From assembly GCA_038227875.1 (NCBI GenBank), contig JBBRPR010000049.1, positions 1 to 64,000 of the forward strand: DNA of 64,000 nucleotides. The letters run 5' to 3'. A program made the translations under genes and the position numbers. This document shows positions 17,840-27,920 of the stretch, in pieces. The notes under the pieces were generated by a model. The model saw only the letters and a list, made by a program, of their open reading frames with translations, did no database searches and was not told the DNA's origin. Numbering within the stretch: the first letter of the stretch is position 1; each line of letters starts with the position of its first letter. The stretch is from Planctomycetota bacterium. GTDB lineage: Bacteria > Planctomycetota > SZUA-567 > H5-PLA8.

Positions 17840-20593
17840 ATGAAATTTCCGACGTCCGGCGCCCTCACGCTTCTCGCGTGTATGGCCATTGGAATGGCCT
17901 CGGCTGAAGACTCGTCGAGAGACTGGCCGCAGTGGCGCGGTCCCAATCGCAACGGTGTCGCGAACGACAGTACGAAGCTGCTGGACTCCTGGCCCAAGGA
18001 AGGTCCCAAGCTGTTGTGGAAGAGCGATCCTATTCCATCGACCTTTGGCGAAGGCGGAAAACTTGCCGACGACGGCGGCAGCGGGAGCCCGATAGTCCAT
18101 GACGGGAAAGTGTTTGTCTATGTTCATTGGAAGAGACAGGTCGGCACGCTGCTCATCACCACGCAAATGCTGAAAGATCTGGGATGGGAAGAAGGCGTCC
18201 CCGATGAGCTGGCGCAAAAGATCGAGGAAGCGCGTCTTGATAAGAAGCGCAAGGATCTCGCGGGACCAGCTCTCGATGCATACATCAACGATTTCATGGC
18301 CACGGTCGCCCCGGACTTGGCCGCAAAGTTCCGCGCGCACGTCAAACAACGTCTGACTCAGGGCCCCAATGCTCTTTCGTGGACGCAGGACTTTGCCCAT
18401 CTCGTCAAAGCGCGCGACAAGGAATTCAAAACCTACGACGAGTTGTACAATGCAGTTGATCATTGCTTCAAGCCTGGCACGCACGGTGCTCCAGGAACCG
18501 AGAATATCTTCCCCTGTTTCCTTGATCCGTTTATGTCCAAGGTCTTTTCCTTTACGGACACCGTCGTCTGCCTGGATGGGAAAACGGGTAAAGAAGTATG
18601 GAAGAAGGAATTCCCTGGCGATATTCCGGAACGTGAGCTGCACTGGGGTGCTTCCGCCACGCCAGCGATCTGGAAGGATCGAATTTTCGCTGCTGGAAGC
18701 GCGGGGCTTTACTGTTTGTCCGTCAAAGACGGCTCGGTTGTCTGGCAGGTTAAAGCAGATCTTGGCAACTCTTCCCCGCTGGTCGTCGACGGCCGACTCT
18801 ACATTTATGAGAGCGGCGTGATCAAGGAAGCTAGGTACAAGTGGCGTGCAGCCAAATCGCTCACTGCGTTCAACGCCGAAACAGGAGAGGTCCTCTGGAG
18901 GCAGCCGCAGGTTGGATATACCAATGGCTCCGTGGCGATGTGGACCCATGAAGGAAAGAAATATCTCATCAGCGGCGCCCCCGGTGGTCCGTGGTGCGTC
19001 GATCCCGACACCGGCACGGTATTGTGGGGTTGCCCCACAGGTGCCCCCTCAGTGACGAATATCTGGACGTGTGATGCCACACCTGCAATCAGCGGCGATG
19101 TGCTCGTACTCTATGCCGAGCCGAAGATGGCCTTCAATCTCACACCGCAAAAGGCGGAGTTCCTCTGGAAGTCTCCCGGCGGCACCCGCGGCGCCAGCGC
19201 CCTGATCTATCAGGACCATGCTTACTTTTTCGGTGGTCAGGGTGAGGCCACCTGCCTGGAGTTGAAGACTGGTAAATCAAAATGGAGCAAACGCGGAATT
19301 ACGGGTGAGAGTTCATCGCCGATTGTGGCCGACGGCAAAGTCTTCTACGCGCCCTGCCGCTACGGCGATTCAAGCACTGTCGGAATGTTCAGGGCTTCTC
19401 CTGAGAATTTTGAATCCCTGGGAAATACCGTTGTGGCGCCCAACTTGCCGGTCCCCAGCGGCGCGGCCTCCCCCGCCATCGCGGACGGAAAACTGTATCT
19501 ACGCATGAATGACTGCGTGGCGTGTTATGACGTGAAGGAATATGGCCCCTATCTTAGCAAGACGACCGTCACCAAGGACAACGTTGGATTTGAACTTAAA
19601 CAGGCCGATGGCCTTGCAGCGAAAGACTCGCCGGACGGCACTATTAATGGCCTGACGATCAAAGACGCGTCGGGAGTATCACGGACGGCCAAGGTCCGCA
19701 TCGACGGCACCACTGTTATCGTGGATATCAATGTCGCTTCGTTTCCATTTACCATCACTTATTCGGGAAGCGGTAACCTCGCGGCCAGAGGTGTTGCGTC
19801 GGCTCCCTTTGAATGGAGGTCGCCGCGACTGCAATTTCAGAAATGTAATGAAAACACAATCGTCCTCAAACTGGATCGATCGGTTGAACAGGACCTCTGG
19901 AAATCAGAGAAAACATACACCGTCTCAGGAGCGAAGATCTCAAAAGTCGAAGTCATCAAGGCCGACAATTCAGTGCTGCTGACGACCGACAGGATCTGGA
20001 AGATCGGCGATACCGCAGTGGTCCAATACCCGGCCACCCCGGAACTCCCCGGGGTACTGGCAAACGTGCCGTTCACCGTCCTCCCGGGAAGATTCGTTGA
20101 AGATGGGCCATTGCAGGAATTTCTTGTCGGCGCACTGCAGGAAAGCATCGATTTGGGAAAAGTGTTTGATCAGGACACGTTTGACAAAATGACGAAACCT
20201 GCCACGGGAGAGAAATGGAAGGTCTGCAAAGACTCCATGGGTGTCTTCGATCTCACCACGCTTGTTGGCGGACAGAGCAATGCGCTCGCCCATGCCTGCG
20301 TCTACCTTTACTCCGATTCGGCGTGCAAGACTCAATTCTGGGTCGGAAGTGATGACGGCATTCAAGTTGTCGTTAACGGAAAAGCAGTGTTTACGAATCC
20401 AACTGCGCGCCCCTTCGAACTAGATCAAGACAAGATCAAGGACGTGGAATTGAATAAAGGCTGGAACACCGTGCTGCTGGGAGTATCCCAGGGCGGCGGT
20501 GGCTGGGCATTTGACCTGCGCATTCGCAACGAGACAGGTGACGCTGCGCCCACTGGCGTGACCTACTCGGCGGAACTCCCCGCAGAAAAATGA
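17840..20593 (+). CDS. secreted PQQ/BamB-type beta-propeller protein with C-terminal beta-sandwich domains
   Basis: Signal peptide; DWPQWRGPNRNG, WPKEGPKLLW, CLDGKTGKEVWK, SPAIADGKLYLR; C-terminal GSDDG...LNKGWN; GGAGGAG RBS. Confidence 0.88.
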   Translation: MKFPTSGALTLLACMAIGMASAEDSSRDWPQWRGPNRNGVANDSTKLLDSWPKEGPKLLWKSDPIPSTFGEGGKLADDGGSGSPIVHDGKVFVYVHWKRQVGTLLITTQMLKDLGWEEGVPDELAQKIEEARLDKKRKDLAGPALDAYINDFMATVAPDLAAKFRAHVKQRLTQGPNALSWTQDFAHLVKARDKEFKTYDELYNAVDHCFKPGTHGAPGTENIFPCFLDPFMSKVFSFTDTVVCLDGKTGKEVWKKEFPGDIPERELHWGASATPAIWKDRIFAAGSAGLYCLSVKDGSVVWQVKADLGNSSPLVVDGRLYIYESGVIKEARYKWRAAKSLTAFNAETGEVLWRQPQVGYTNGSVAMWTHEGKKYLISGAPGGPWCVDPDTGTVLWGCPTGAPSVTNIWTCDATPAISGDVLVLYAEPKMAFNLTPQKAEFLWKSPGGTRGASALIYQDHAYFFGGQGEATCLELKTGKSKWSKRGITGESSSPIVADGKVFYAPCRYGDSSTVGMFRASPENFESLGNTVVAPNLPVPSGAASPAIADGKLYLRMNDCVACYDVKEYGPYLSKTTVTKDNVGFELKQADGLAAKDSPDGTINGLTIKDASGVSRTAKVRIDGTTVIVDINVASFPFTITYSGSGNLAARGVASAPFEWRSPRLQFQKCNENTIVLKLDRSVEQDLWKSEKTYTVSGAKISKVEVIKADNSVLLTTDRIWKIGDTAVVQYPATPELPGVLANVPFTVLPGRFVEDGPLQEFLVGALQESIDLGKVFDQDTFDKMTKPATGEKWKVCKDSMGVFDLTTLVGGQSNALAHACVYLYSDSACKTQFWVGSDDGIQVVVNGKAVFTNPTARPFELDQDKIKDVELNKGWNTVLLGVSQGGGGWAFDLRIRNETGDAAPTGVTYSAELPAEK

Positions 20594-20648
20594 CCCTGTC
20601 TTCGGATAGATTTTTTAACACACGCAACGTGTGCTACTACAGTTTGCA

Positions 20649-20743
20649 GGGTGGCTGTTAGTCGTTCGCCACCCAGGGGTCAGTCAGGCGCAGCGCGGGG
20701 TGCGCCGCGTTCCGCGGCGTACCTGCGCTGGCCGACTGACCCC
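20649..20743. repeat. two GC-rich stem-loops (REP-like or terminator-like)
   Basis: gggtggc..gccaccc (20649-20674); nested ggggtcagtc..cagcgc..ggtgcgccgcg-ttc-cgcggcgtacc..gcgctg..gactgacccc (20676-20743). Confidence 0.7.
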
Positions 20744-21159
20744 GTGTTGCATGTTGATGCCCTCTCAAATGAATTTTCAGCATTGAATGCGAACGTTAGT
20801 AACCTTCGTTATGCGGCCGCTCTTTTCACATCAACTATTTTGTCCCCACGTGCCATATTTTGAGCCAATACCACTAAACGCCGTGCGTTTATTAGTATCT
20901 CAATTGCTTCGAACTTTCCAATCAGGCGCCCTGATTGCCTCGACCAGACACGAACCGTGTCCTCAAGTAACGCCGGCGAGATCCACGAAGCATCGCCCGA
21001 CACTTTTTTCGTGCTCGTATTCTTTCCATACACGTCCCCCTGACCCGACCACCATACGCCCCCCATTCAAGCGCATGTCGGAGGTGCTTCCCCCGACCCC
21101 CCCTCTCAATCGCGAACAGATTCCGCACGCGATTTTAAGGAACAACGGGCCATCTCCAA

Positions 21160-21342
21160 CCGCCGAAGCGGTTTTCAATCTTACCCAGCGTGCCGCTGAA
21201 ACGTGGCGTATTTCAAACTGGACCGTAAAACGCGAGCTCCTCGAAATCTTCAGTTTGAAATGCGAGCCTAAGCCTTCATTGGAATAAGCCGTTTGATCAT
21301 CTCGCGAATTGTGGCGAAGGTCAGTCAACTGTGCTGAGATGA
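21160..21342 (+). pseudogene. remnant resembling the C-terminus of a large serine recombinase (copy 2)
   Basis: AEAVFNLTQRAAETWRISNWTVKRELLEIFSLKC, then after a frameshift NKPFDHLANCGEGQSTVLR*; matches 4965-5061. Confidence 0.55.
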
Positions 21343-21403
21343 AATTGAAAGCGTTTGCGACGCGGGCGTGGAGGCGAGGGCGGGGGACTTGGTGAACGCT
21401 CGC

Positions 21404-21883
21404 TCACGAGCCGTTGGATCCGAGCCAGAGGCCGGTGACCCAGTTGAGCATCAACATCGCCGCGACGCCCCAGGACAGGTAGTGCTGCAGCGCGAGCGCC
21501 AGCGGCGCGTGGATCGTTTCCGGGCGCGCGAGAATGCGGACGCGCAGGGCCAGTTGGAACAGAAAGTACAGGAAGAGCGGGATGCCGACGCGGTTCCAGC
21601 GAATGGAATCGCGCAGGTGGCCGTGCGTTAACTGGACGAACGAATGCGTCAGGCCGCAGCCGGGGCACTGCGTGTGAAAAAAGCGCTGGCTGGGGCAGGT
21701 GGACGGCAGTTGTACGCCGGCAACCGCGATGGCACTTTGTCTTTCGGAAGGAATCGTCAGAAAGAACGGGGCGATGACCATCACGGCGACGATGAACAGA
21801 TACGCTTTGTGCGTGCCGGGATCCGCCGGAATCCGGCGACCGAACTCGCCGAACATGCCGAGAAATCGTTTGAGAAAGCTCAT
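21404..21883 (-). CDS. DUF2752-like membrane protein
   Basis: CP......CPGCGLTHSF motif with flanking TM helices. Confidence 0.85.
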   Translation of the reverse strand: MSFLKRFLGMFGEFGRRIPADPGTHKAYLFIVAVMVIAPFFLTIPSERQSAIAVAGVQLPSTCPSQRFFHTQCPGCGLTHSFVQLTHGHLRDSIRWNRVGIPLFLYFLFQLALRVRILARPETIHAPLALALQHYLSWGVAAMLMLNWVTGLWLGSNGS

Positions 21884-21932
21884 CGACTCAACCCGCATCC
21901 AAGCCTGCTTCGATCTCGGCCGTAAAAAGGTC

Positions 21933-22976
21933 TTACGCGAAGTTGGCGGACTTATCGAGCAGCCCTTCGAGGGAGCCATCGACAATGAACCATTTGCCGT
22001 CGCGTTCGACCAGAAGTTTCCGAACCGTCCGTGTTTCGGTCACCCGCGTCGCCAGCATCACAATCAGCATCGCAAGAAGATTGATGAGGACCAGGGCGAT
22101 GATCCACGACGCATAGTTGTTCACGGTCAGCGTCGCTTCGACCAGGACCAGGCCATTGGGTCCGCTGCGCAGCTTGCGCACGCTTTTAATCGTTACGGTG
22201 CGGGTCTGGCCGGACGGGCCGGTGAAAATGGTGGACCAGTACACCTTGAAGCTGGCGGGATCGTTGATCGCGTAGCGTCCGACGTAACTGGGAATTTTGT
22301 TGCTGGGAAATTTGATGGTTTCGACCGGTCCGGCAACGCGCGCGGACGGAATCAGACTGACGTAGGCCTTCCGCGAGCGGCCGGTCTTCACCGCGGTGAG
22401 GAAATTGCGCAACGCAATGTCCGGGGAATCGGCGTCTTGAATGTGATTGGCCTTGCGATCGTTTATCATGGTGACGATGACTGGAATGAAGAAGATGACC
22501 AGCGTAACGATGCCCAATCCGAGACAGGTTTCGCCGTTGGAGCTCATGTTGCTACCCATGATCGTCATCACCAGCCCCAGAACGAAGAAGGCCAGGATCA
22601 CGATTGATTTGATCGACAGCGCTCCGCCCTTCAACCGGAGGTCTTCTTCCGCGGACTCCGAATTGGACAGATGCCGGTCGATTTCGGCCAGGCGTTCGGT
22701 GATGACGGCTTGGAATTCGTCCGGGGTGAGAGTTGGGAAAAGGCTTTGGTTGCACTGTGGACAGATGCGGGACTGTGCCGGAATGACCGCGGCGCAAGTC
22801 GGGCAGGCGATTGAGCCATCCGGAATTGCGAGCGGGGGAGGCGCCTTCACCGGCTTACCGGTATCGGCGGGCGTCACTGTTAGTTCCCGGTGGCAGAGTG
22901 GGCATGCGAAGGTCGTGCCCACGGCGTCATCGATTAACTGAAAAACTTTTCCACACATACAGGTAAGCGTGATCAT
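21933..22976 (-). CDS. zinc-ribbon-containing membrane protein
   Basis: CMCGK..CPLC and CPTC..CPQC ribbons, three hydrophobic helices; GGAG RBS before ATG 22976. Confidence 0.8.
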   Translation of the reverse strand: MITLTCMCGKVFQLIDDAVGTTFACPLCHRELTVTPADTGKPVKAPPPLAIPDGSIACPTCAAVIPAQSRICPQCNQSLFPTLTPDEFQAVITERLAEIDRHLSNSESAEEDLRLKGGALSIKSIVILAFFVLGLVMTIMGSNMSSNGETCLGLGIVTLVIFFIPVIVTMINDRKANHIQDADSPDIALRNFLTAVKTGRSRKAYVSLIPSARVAGPVETIKFPSNKIPSYVGRYAINDPASFKVYWSTIFTGPSGQTRTVTIKSVRKLRSGPNGLVLVEATLTVNNYASWIIALVLINLLAMLIVMLATRVTETRTVRKLLVERDGKWFIVDGSLEGLLDKSANFA

Positions 22977-23140
22977 TGACCGCTCCTGATCGTTTGTGAA
23001 GCCGTTAGAGGTGATAAGTCGACGGCTCAACATTAGTTCCTCGACGCGCTTTTTACAATGAGCATATTGTTTCTTCTTGCTTGTAACGCATTGCTGCCGT
23101 ACAACTTACGAAATAACGCAGCAGCTATGGGAGGTGCGGT

Positions 23141-25480
23141 ATGGGTCAGACGACGATCATGCGCTCCGTGCGGTCGGTGGTGGATTCCAAACGCATTCTC
23201 GACGTGCTGCTGCGAAATCTCACGACCAAACGCGCAATCACTCCGGAGGACATGGAGACGATCCTCGGCATCACCATCCGCAAAATTGCCGACACGATTT
23301 TCGCTCAGGCCATCACCGTCTTCTCACTCGACAAGGCGACGCAGCGCATCAAATTTCAGAACGTGTATTACTCGCCGAGCCTGTATGGCACGGACATGAC
23401 CAAGAAAAAGATTTTCGAGATGAAGGCCGACGAACTCGAGGCGCTGTCGTTGCCCGTGGGCCAGGGCATCGTCGGACAGGTGATCAAGACCGGGGAACTG
23501 GCGTTCGTCGCGGACGTCAAAAAGGATCCGCGCTTTTTTCACCAGGTCGACCAGGACACGGGCTTCTCCACGCGCACGATGATCGCGGTACCGATGAAAG
23601 TGGGCGACGAAGTGATCGGCTGCATCCAGGTGCTGAATAAGTGCTCGGACAACAAGACCGTCACCCAGTTTTCGCAGGAGGACGTGTACCTGCTTCAGGA
23701 CGTGGCCGCGTATTCGGCGAAGGTGATCCAGCGCGCCAAAGATCCGGCGGTTCCGTTCACCGACCGCGAGTTGGCCAGTTACGTGGCGCGTCTGGCCAAG
23801 GTCGATTTTGTCGAACTCGATGCGAAGTCGGAATTCGACAAGGAACTGCTGCTGGCTCTCGGTGAAGATGTGCTGCGGCGCTACCACATTCTGCCGCTCA
23901 AGAAGCTGACCGACACCACGCTGCGCGCGGCGGTGCACAATCCGATCGACTTTCAGACCATGGGCGATTTTGAAATCGTGACGGGTCTGAAAGTCGCCGA
24001 GAAGGTCGTTGCGTGCAGCAAGGATATTGAGGAGGTGCTCAATACCGTCTTCCCGAAGGCGTCGGAAGTCAGCGAAGTCGCCGCGGCCGTCGAAGAACAG
24101 TATGGCACTCCTGAAGGCGTGGTGGAGGGCGCTGATGAGTACGAAGACGACGAAAATTCAGGCGCGATCGTGAAGCTGGGCAACCGCATTATTGAAGACG
24201 CTTACGTCAAGGGCGCCAGCGACATTCACATCGAACCGTTCGAGCAGAAAGTGCGCGTGCGCTACCGCATCGACGGTGTCCTGAAAGAGCAGATGGACAT
24301 TCCGAAGCAGGCGCATCGCGCGCTGATCAGCCGCATCAAGATCATGAGCGACCTGAACATCTCGGAGCGCCGTCTCCCGCAGGACGGGCGCATTGTCTTC
24401 AAGAAATTCAATTCCAAGTACGACCTCGACCTGCGCGTCTCCACCGCGCCGATGAATCACGGCGAGAAGGTCTGCGCCCGTATTCTCGACAAAACCAAGT
24501 CGACCCTGCCGCTCGATAAGCTCGGCTTCAGCGACTACAACATCAAAATCTATCGCGATCTGATCCAGGTGCCTTATGGCATGATCCTGCACTGCGGTCC
24601 GACGGGATCGGGAAAGTCGATGACGCTTTACGCGGCGCTGAACGAAATTAACACGCCGGAGTGGAACATCTCGACGGCCGAAGACCCGATCGAATACACG
24701 CTGCCGGGCCTCAACCAGATGCAGATGAAGAAGGACATCGGGCTGACCTTCGCCGCGGCGCTGCGCTGTTATCTGCGCCAGGACCCGGACATGATCCTCG
24801 TCGGCGAAATCCGCGACACGGAGACGGCGGAAATCGCGATCGAAGCGGCGCTGACCGGACACGTGCTGTTCTCGACACTGCACACCAACGACGCGCCTTC
24901 GACGATCACGCGCTTCGATGAAATGGGCATCGAGCCGTTCATGATTTCAACCTGCCTGGTGACGATCTGCGCGCAGCGTCTGTTGCGGCGGCTGTGTTCG
25001 TGCAAACAGCCGGACAACCCCACCGACGACGAACGCGCGCTGCTCGAACGGGCTCTGGATGACAAACCTGTCGATAAGCTGATGCGTCCGGTCGGCTGCG
25101 AGAAGTGCGGGAACTCCGGATATAAGGGGCGATTGGGCACGCACGAGTTGCTGAAGAATTCCGACGACCTGCGCGGCATGATCAACCGTAAGGCCACGGT
25201 GGAACAACTTAAACAAGCCGCCCGGGAAGCGGGAATGCGCACACTCTTTGAAGACTTAATGGAGAAGGTGAAGATGGGTCTAACGTCGCTGCCGGAAGCC
25301 ATCGGTACGGCGCGTCCCGACGATTCGCCCAACCCGCAGCGGGCGAAAATGGCCGGGCAGGCTCCCAAGCCCGTGGTCGAAGCCGCCAAGCCGGCGTTCC
25401 TGAAGGCCGCGCCTGCTCAGGCGAAGGAATCTGGAAGTGCATTGGCGGCGATGCTGGGGCTGAATGAGCCGGAGAAGTGA
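23141..25480 (+). CDS. GAF-domain-fused PilB/GspE family secretion/pilus ATPase
   Basis: GAF (GQGIVGQV..DPRF..VDQDTGFSTRTMIAVPM), ASDIHIEP, ERRLPQDGR, Walker A GPTGSGKS, EDPIEY, LRQDPDMILVGEIRD, TLHTND, CSC/CEKC zinc motif. Confidence 0.93.
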   Translation: MGQTTIMRSVRSVVDSKRILDVLLRNLTTKRAITPEDMETILGITIRKIADTIFAQAITVFSLDKATQRIKFQNVYYSPSLYGTDMTKKKIFEMKADELEALSLPVGQGIVGQVIKTGELAFVADVKKDPRFFHQVDQDTGFSTRTMIAVPMKVGDEVIGCIQVLNKCSDNKTVTQFSQEDVYLLQDVAAYSAKVIQRAKDPAVPFTDRELASYVARLAKVDFVELDAKSEFDKELLLALGEDVLRRYHILPLKKLTDTTLRAAVHNPIDFQTMGDFEIVTGLKVAEKVVACSKDIEEVLNTVFPKASEVSEVAAAVEEQYGTPEGVVEGADEYEDDENSGAIVKLGNRIIEDAYVKGASDIHIEPFEQKVRVRYRIDGVLKEQMDIPKQAHRALISRIKIMSDLNISERRLPQDGRIVFKKFNSKYDLDLRVSTAPMNHGEKVCARILDKTKSTLPLDKLGFSDYNIKIYRDLIQVPYGMILHCGPTGSGKSMTLYAALNEINTPEWNISTAEDPIEYTLPGLNQMQMKKDIGLTFAAALRCYLRQDPDMILVGEIRDTETAEIAIEAALTGHVLFSTLHTNDAPSTITRFDEMGIEPFMISTCLVTICAQRLLRRLCSCKQPDNPTDDERALLERALDDKPVDKLMRPVGCEKCGNSGYKGRLGTHELLKNSDDLRGMINRKATVEQLKQAAREAGMRTLFEDLMEKVKMGLTSLPEAIGTARPDDSPNPQRAKMAGQAPKPVVEAAKPAFLKAAPAQAKESGSALAAMLGLNEPEK

Positions 25481-25598
25481 CGCTTGCTGTCTGCTCTTGT
25501 GCAAAGAATCTGTCATAAAGAGGCACACCGTGAGTTGCCGTTTTTCACGAAATCAGTAGCGTACTTGAACCTTTTAACCTTCCACTTTCGGGGGTCGC

Positions 25599-27836
25599 AT
25601 GATCGCAGTCAAAAACGCCATTCGCTGTTCCGCGCTGGTCGCGGCTTTAGTCCTGACGTCCAACGTACTTGCCGCCACGCCGGTGATCGATAGCCCGACC
25701 GAGGATTTCACCACAACGGTCGATTTCTACGACTACTTCATCACCGCCAGCGACAGCCCATATATATTTGGCGCAACGGGGTTGCCCACGAGCCTCAGTC
25801 TGAATCCCATGACCGGCGAAATTTCGGGGACGGTCACCACGGCCGGCACGTATACCATCTCACTGTCCGCGACCAGTTCCAATGGCACGGGCACCGCGAC
25901 GCTGACGCTGACGGTGGTTCCGCCGCCGCCGGTGATCACCAGCGCGACAACAGTGACGGGTGCGGCCGGCACGCCCTTCACTTATCAAATCACCACCACG
26001 CAGGGAACTCCCGATGGCTTCTACATCAGCGACTACGTTCCGGGCCTGGATTTTGATTCCGACAAGGGACTGATCTTCGGCACGCCCACTGTGGGCGGAA
26101 ATTATGTGATCGGCATTGACGCGTACAATGATGGTGGCGACTGCTTCGTGCTGCTGACGATTAACATCACCGGACCTAAGATCGCGATTACCAGCGATTT
26201 GACCGCGCAAGGCAAAGTCGGAGACTCGTTTGAGTACGATGTTTTTACAGACGGTGAAGACTACGCTGATTTCACGATCACAGGACTGCCCAGCGGCCTG
26301 ATCGCCGACGGCGCCGTGATCTCCGGCACGCCCACGACGGAAGGCACTTTCAACGTCTCCATCACCGCGACCAGCGTCAACGGCAACACCGATACCAAGA
26401 CCCTGGTGCTCACAATCAGCCCGAAGAACGGCAACCTGGGACCGGATATGTCCCCGATCACCGCCGATCCGCAGTCGGCATTTGTCGGCGATACGATCGT
26501 CTTCGACGTCGACGCGTTTGATGCCGAAGGCAATGACGTCAGCGTCTCCTGGGACTTTGGCGATGGCAGCCCCGCCGGCAGTGGTTACGAAGTCCAGCAT
26601 GCGTACGCGGCGGCCGGTACTTTTACCGTCACGGCCAAAGCCAGCGATGGGACGCAAACGTCGACCCAGACGTTGAATGTGACCATCACGGTCGGCGACG
26701 TCAATGCGCCGACGATCAGCGGCATCACGATTACACCCAACCCAGCGGCTATCGGGCAGGCCGTTGCCTTTACGTCGCAGGCGGTGGATCCGAAGAATGT
26801 GTCGCTGAAGTACACCTGGAATTTTGGCGACGGCACGCCGTCGGCCAGCGGTTCCGCGCCGAGCCACACCTACGTCAAGCAGGGCGCGTTTAATGTGACG
26901 CTGACCGTGCGCAACGCCACGGGAATCGCAAGCCGTCCGTTCACCTCCACGGTCTATGTCTTCAACACCACGGGACTGGATAACATTTTTGAAGGCGATG
27001 ACACCACCAATCCGTTGAACGGGCTTTCTCAGACGGTCACCGGCAGTGACGGCGGTATCTTCGATCTGTCAGTCAATCTCGACGCGCTGAACCGCGCCGC
27101 ATTTGAAGTCTCGACGGACTTCGACGGCATGACGCGCAACGCTGTGAAGGGTATGCTGCCGGTTGCCAAGGCCAAGCGACCGGGAATTTTCATCGCCACC
27201 ACGGAAGCGCGAGATATGGCCACCCGCGTAACCATGGGCCGCGCCCGCAAGACGCTCCCGGTTTCGCGCAAGGAACTGGGCCTGCCGCCGCTGGTCACCG
27301 CCGAACCGTCCGACCACCGCTTGAAGATCAAGCAGATCAAGGGTTCGTTCGCGCTGCCTCCGACGACCAACATCGGCGGACGCATCGTGGCTGTCCCGGC
27401 GCTCCGCGCGGCCGGCAAGAAGTCCAAGCCGGATAGCGTCAATGCCTCGGGTTCGATCGAATTGCCGGTGGGCATGGATTTCACCCAGCCGCAATCGATC
27501 ACCATCTCCGTCGGCAACCTGGTCGACAAGCTGGTGCTCGATTCCAAGGGACACGGCAAGGGCGCGTTCACGGAAATGACGCTAAAGACAAAGATCAACA
27601 AGAAGGCGCCGTTGACCGTGGCCGGGCAGTCGGCGACGTTCGTGGTGAAACTCAGCACCGCCCAGATGGTCCAGCGCGGCTTTGACACCGAAGGCGTGGG
27701 CGCCGGTGCGACGACCAAAGCGTTGAAGATCCAGAGCGCCATGATCATCGGCGGCGTGGTCTACGCGCTGGAACAACCGGCGACGCTGAAGGTTAGCGGC
27801 GACACGGCGACAATCGGCGGCCGGTCGGGTTTCTAA
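25599..27836 (+). CDS. secreted putative-Ig/PKD domain surface protein
   Basis: Signal peptide, three He_PIG-like repeats (GLP..L....G.ISG), two PKD domains (WDFGDG, WNFGDG), basic C-terminal domain. Confidence 0.88.
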   Translation: MIAVKNAIRCSALVAALVLTSNVLAATPVIDSPTEDFTTTVDFYDYFITASDSPYIFGATGLPTSLSLNPMTGEISGTVTTAGTYTISLSATSSNGTGTATLTLTVVPPPPVITSATTVTGAAGTPFTYQITTTQGTPDGFYISDYVPGLDFDSDKGLIFGTPTVGGNYVIGIDAYNDGGDCFVLLTINITGPKIAITSDLTAQGKVGDSFEYDVFTDGEDYADFTITGLPSGLIADGAVISGTPTTEGTFNVSITATSVNGNTDTKTLVLTISPKNGNLGPDMSPITADPQSAFVGDTIVFDVDAFDAEGNDVSVSWDFGDGSPAGSGYEVQHAYAAAGTFTVTAKASDGTQTSTQTLNVTITVGDVNAPTISGITITPNPAAIGQAVAFTSQAVDPKNVSLKYTWNFGDGTPSASGSAPSHTYVKQGAFNVTLTVRNATGIASRPFTSTVYVFNTTGLDNIFEGDDTTNPLNGLSQTVTGSDGGIFDLSVNLDALNRAAFEVSTDFDGMTRNAVKGMLPVAKAKRPGIFIATTEARDMATRVTMGRARKTLPVSRKELGLPPLVTAEPSDHRLKIKQIKGSFALPPTTNIGGRIVAVPALRAAGKKSKPDSVNASGSIELPVGMDFTQPQSITISVGNLVDKLVLDSKGHGKGAFTEMTLKTKINKKAPLTVAGQSATFVVKLSTAQMVQRGFDTEGVGAGATTKALKIQSAMIIGGVVYALEQPATLKVSGDTATIGGRSGF

Positions 27837-27880
27837 CGAATGCAGGATGAAAAGCAATAAATGTTGAATAGTGGAGTGCG

Positions 27881-27920
27881 CTGAGCGCTGAATGACAGTT
27901 CATTCAGCGCTCAGTTTTTT
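27881..27920 (+). terminator. Rho-independent terminator
   Basis: Perfect 15-bp stem ctgagcgctgaatga / tcattcagcgctcag, 4-nt loop, followed by a T-tract; lies between convergent genes. Confidence 0.9.

Noticed and set aside
20787..21287. 166-aa ORF as a real gene
   Set aside because: Low-complexity Pro-rich sequence with no RBS; only its last ~40 codons look protein-like, and these belong to the recombinase-like scar.
21260..21400. tRNA or att site after the recombinase-like remnant
   Set aside because: No cloverleaf, T-loop GTTCGA or clear att duplication could be identified.
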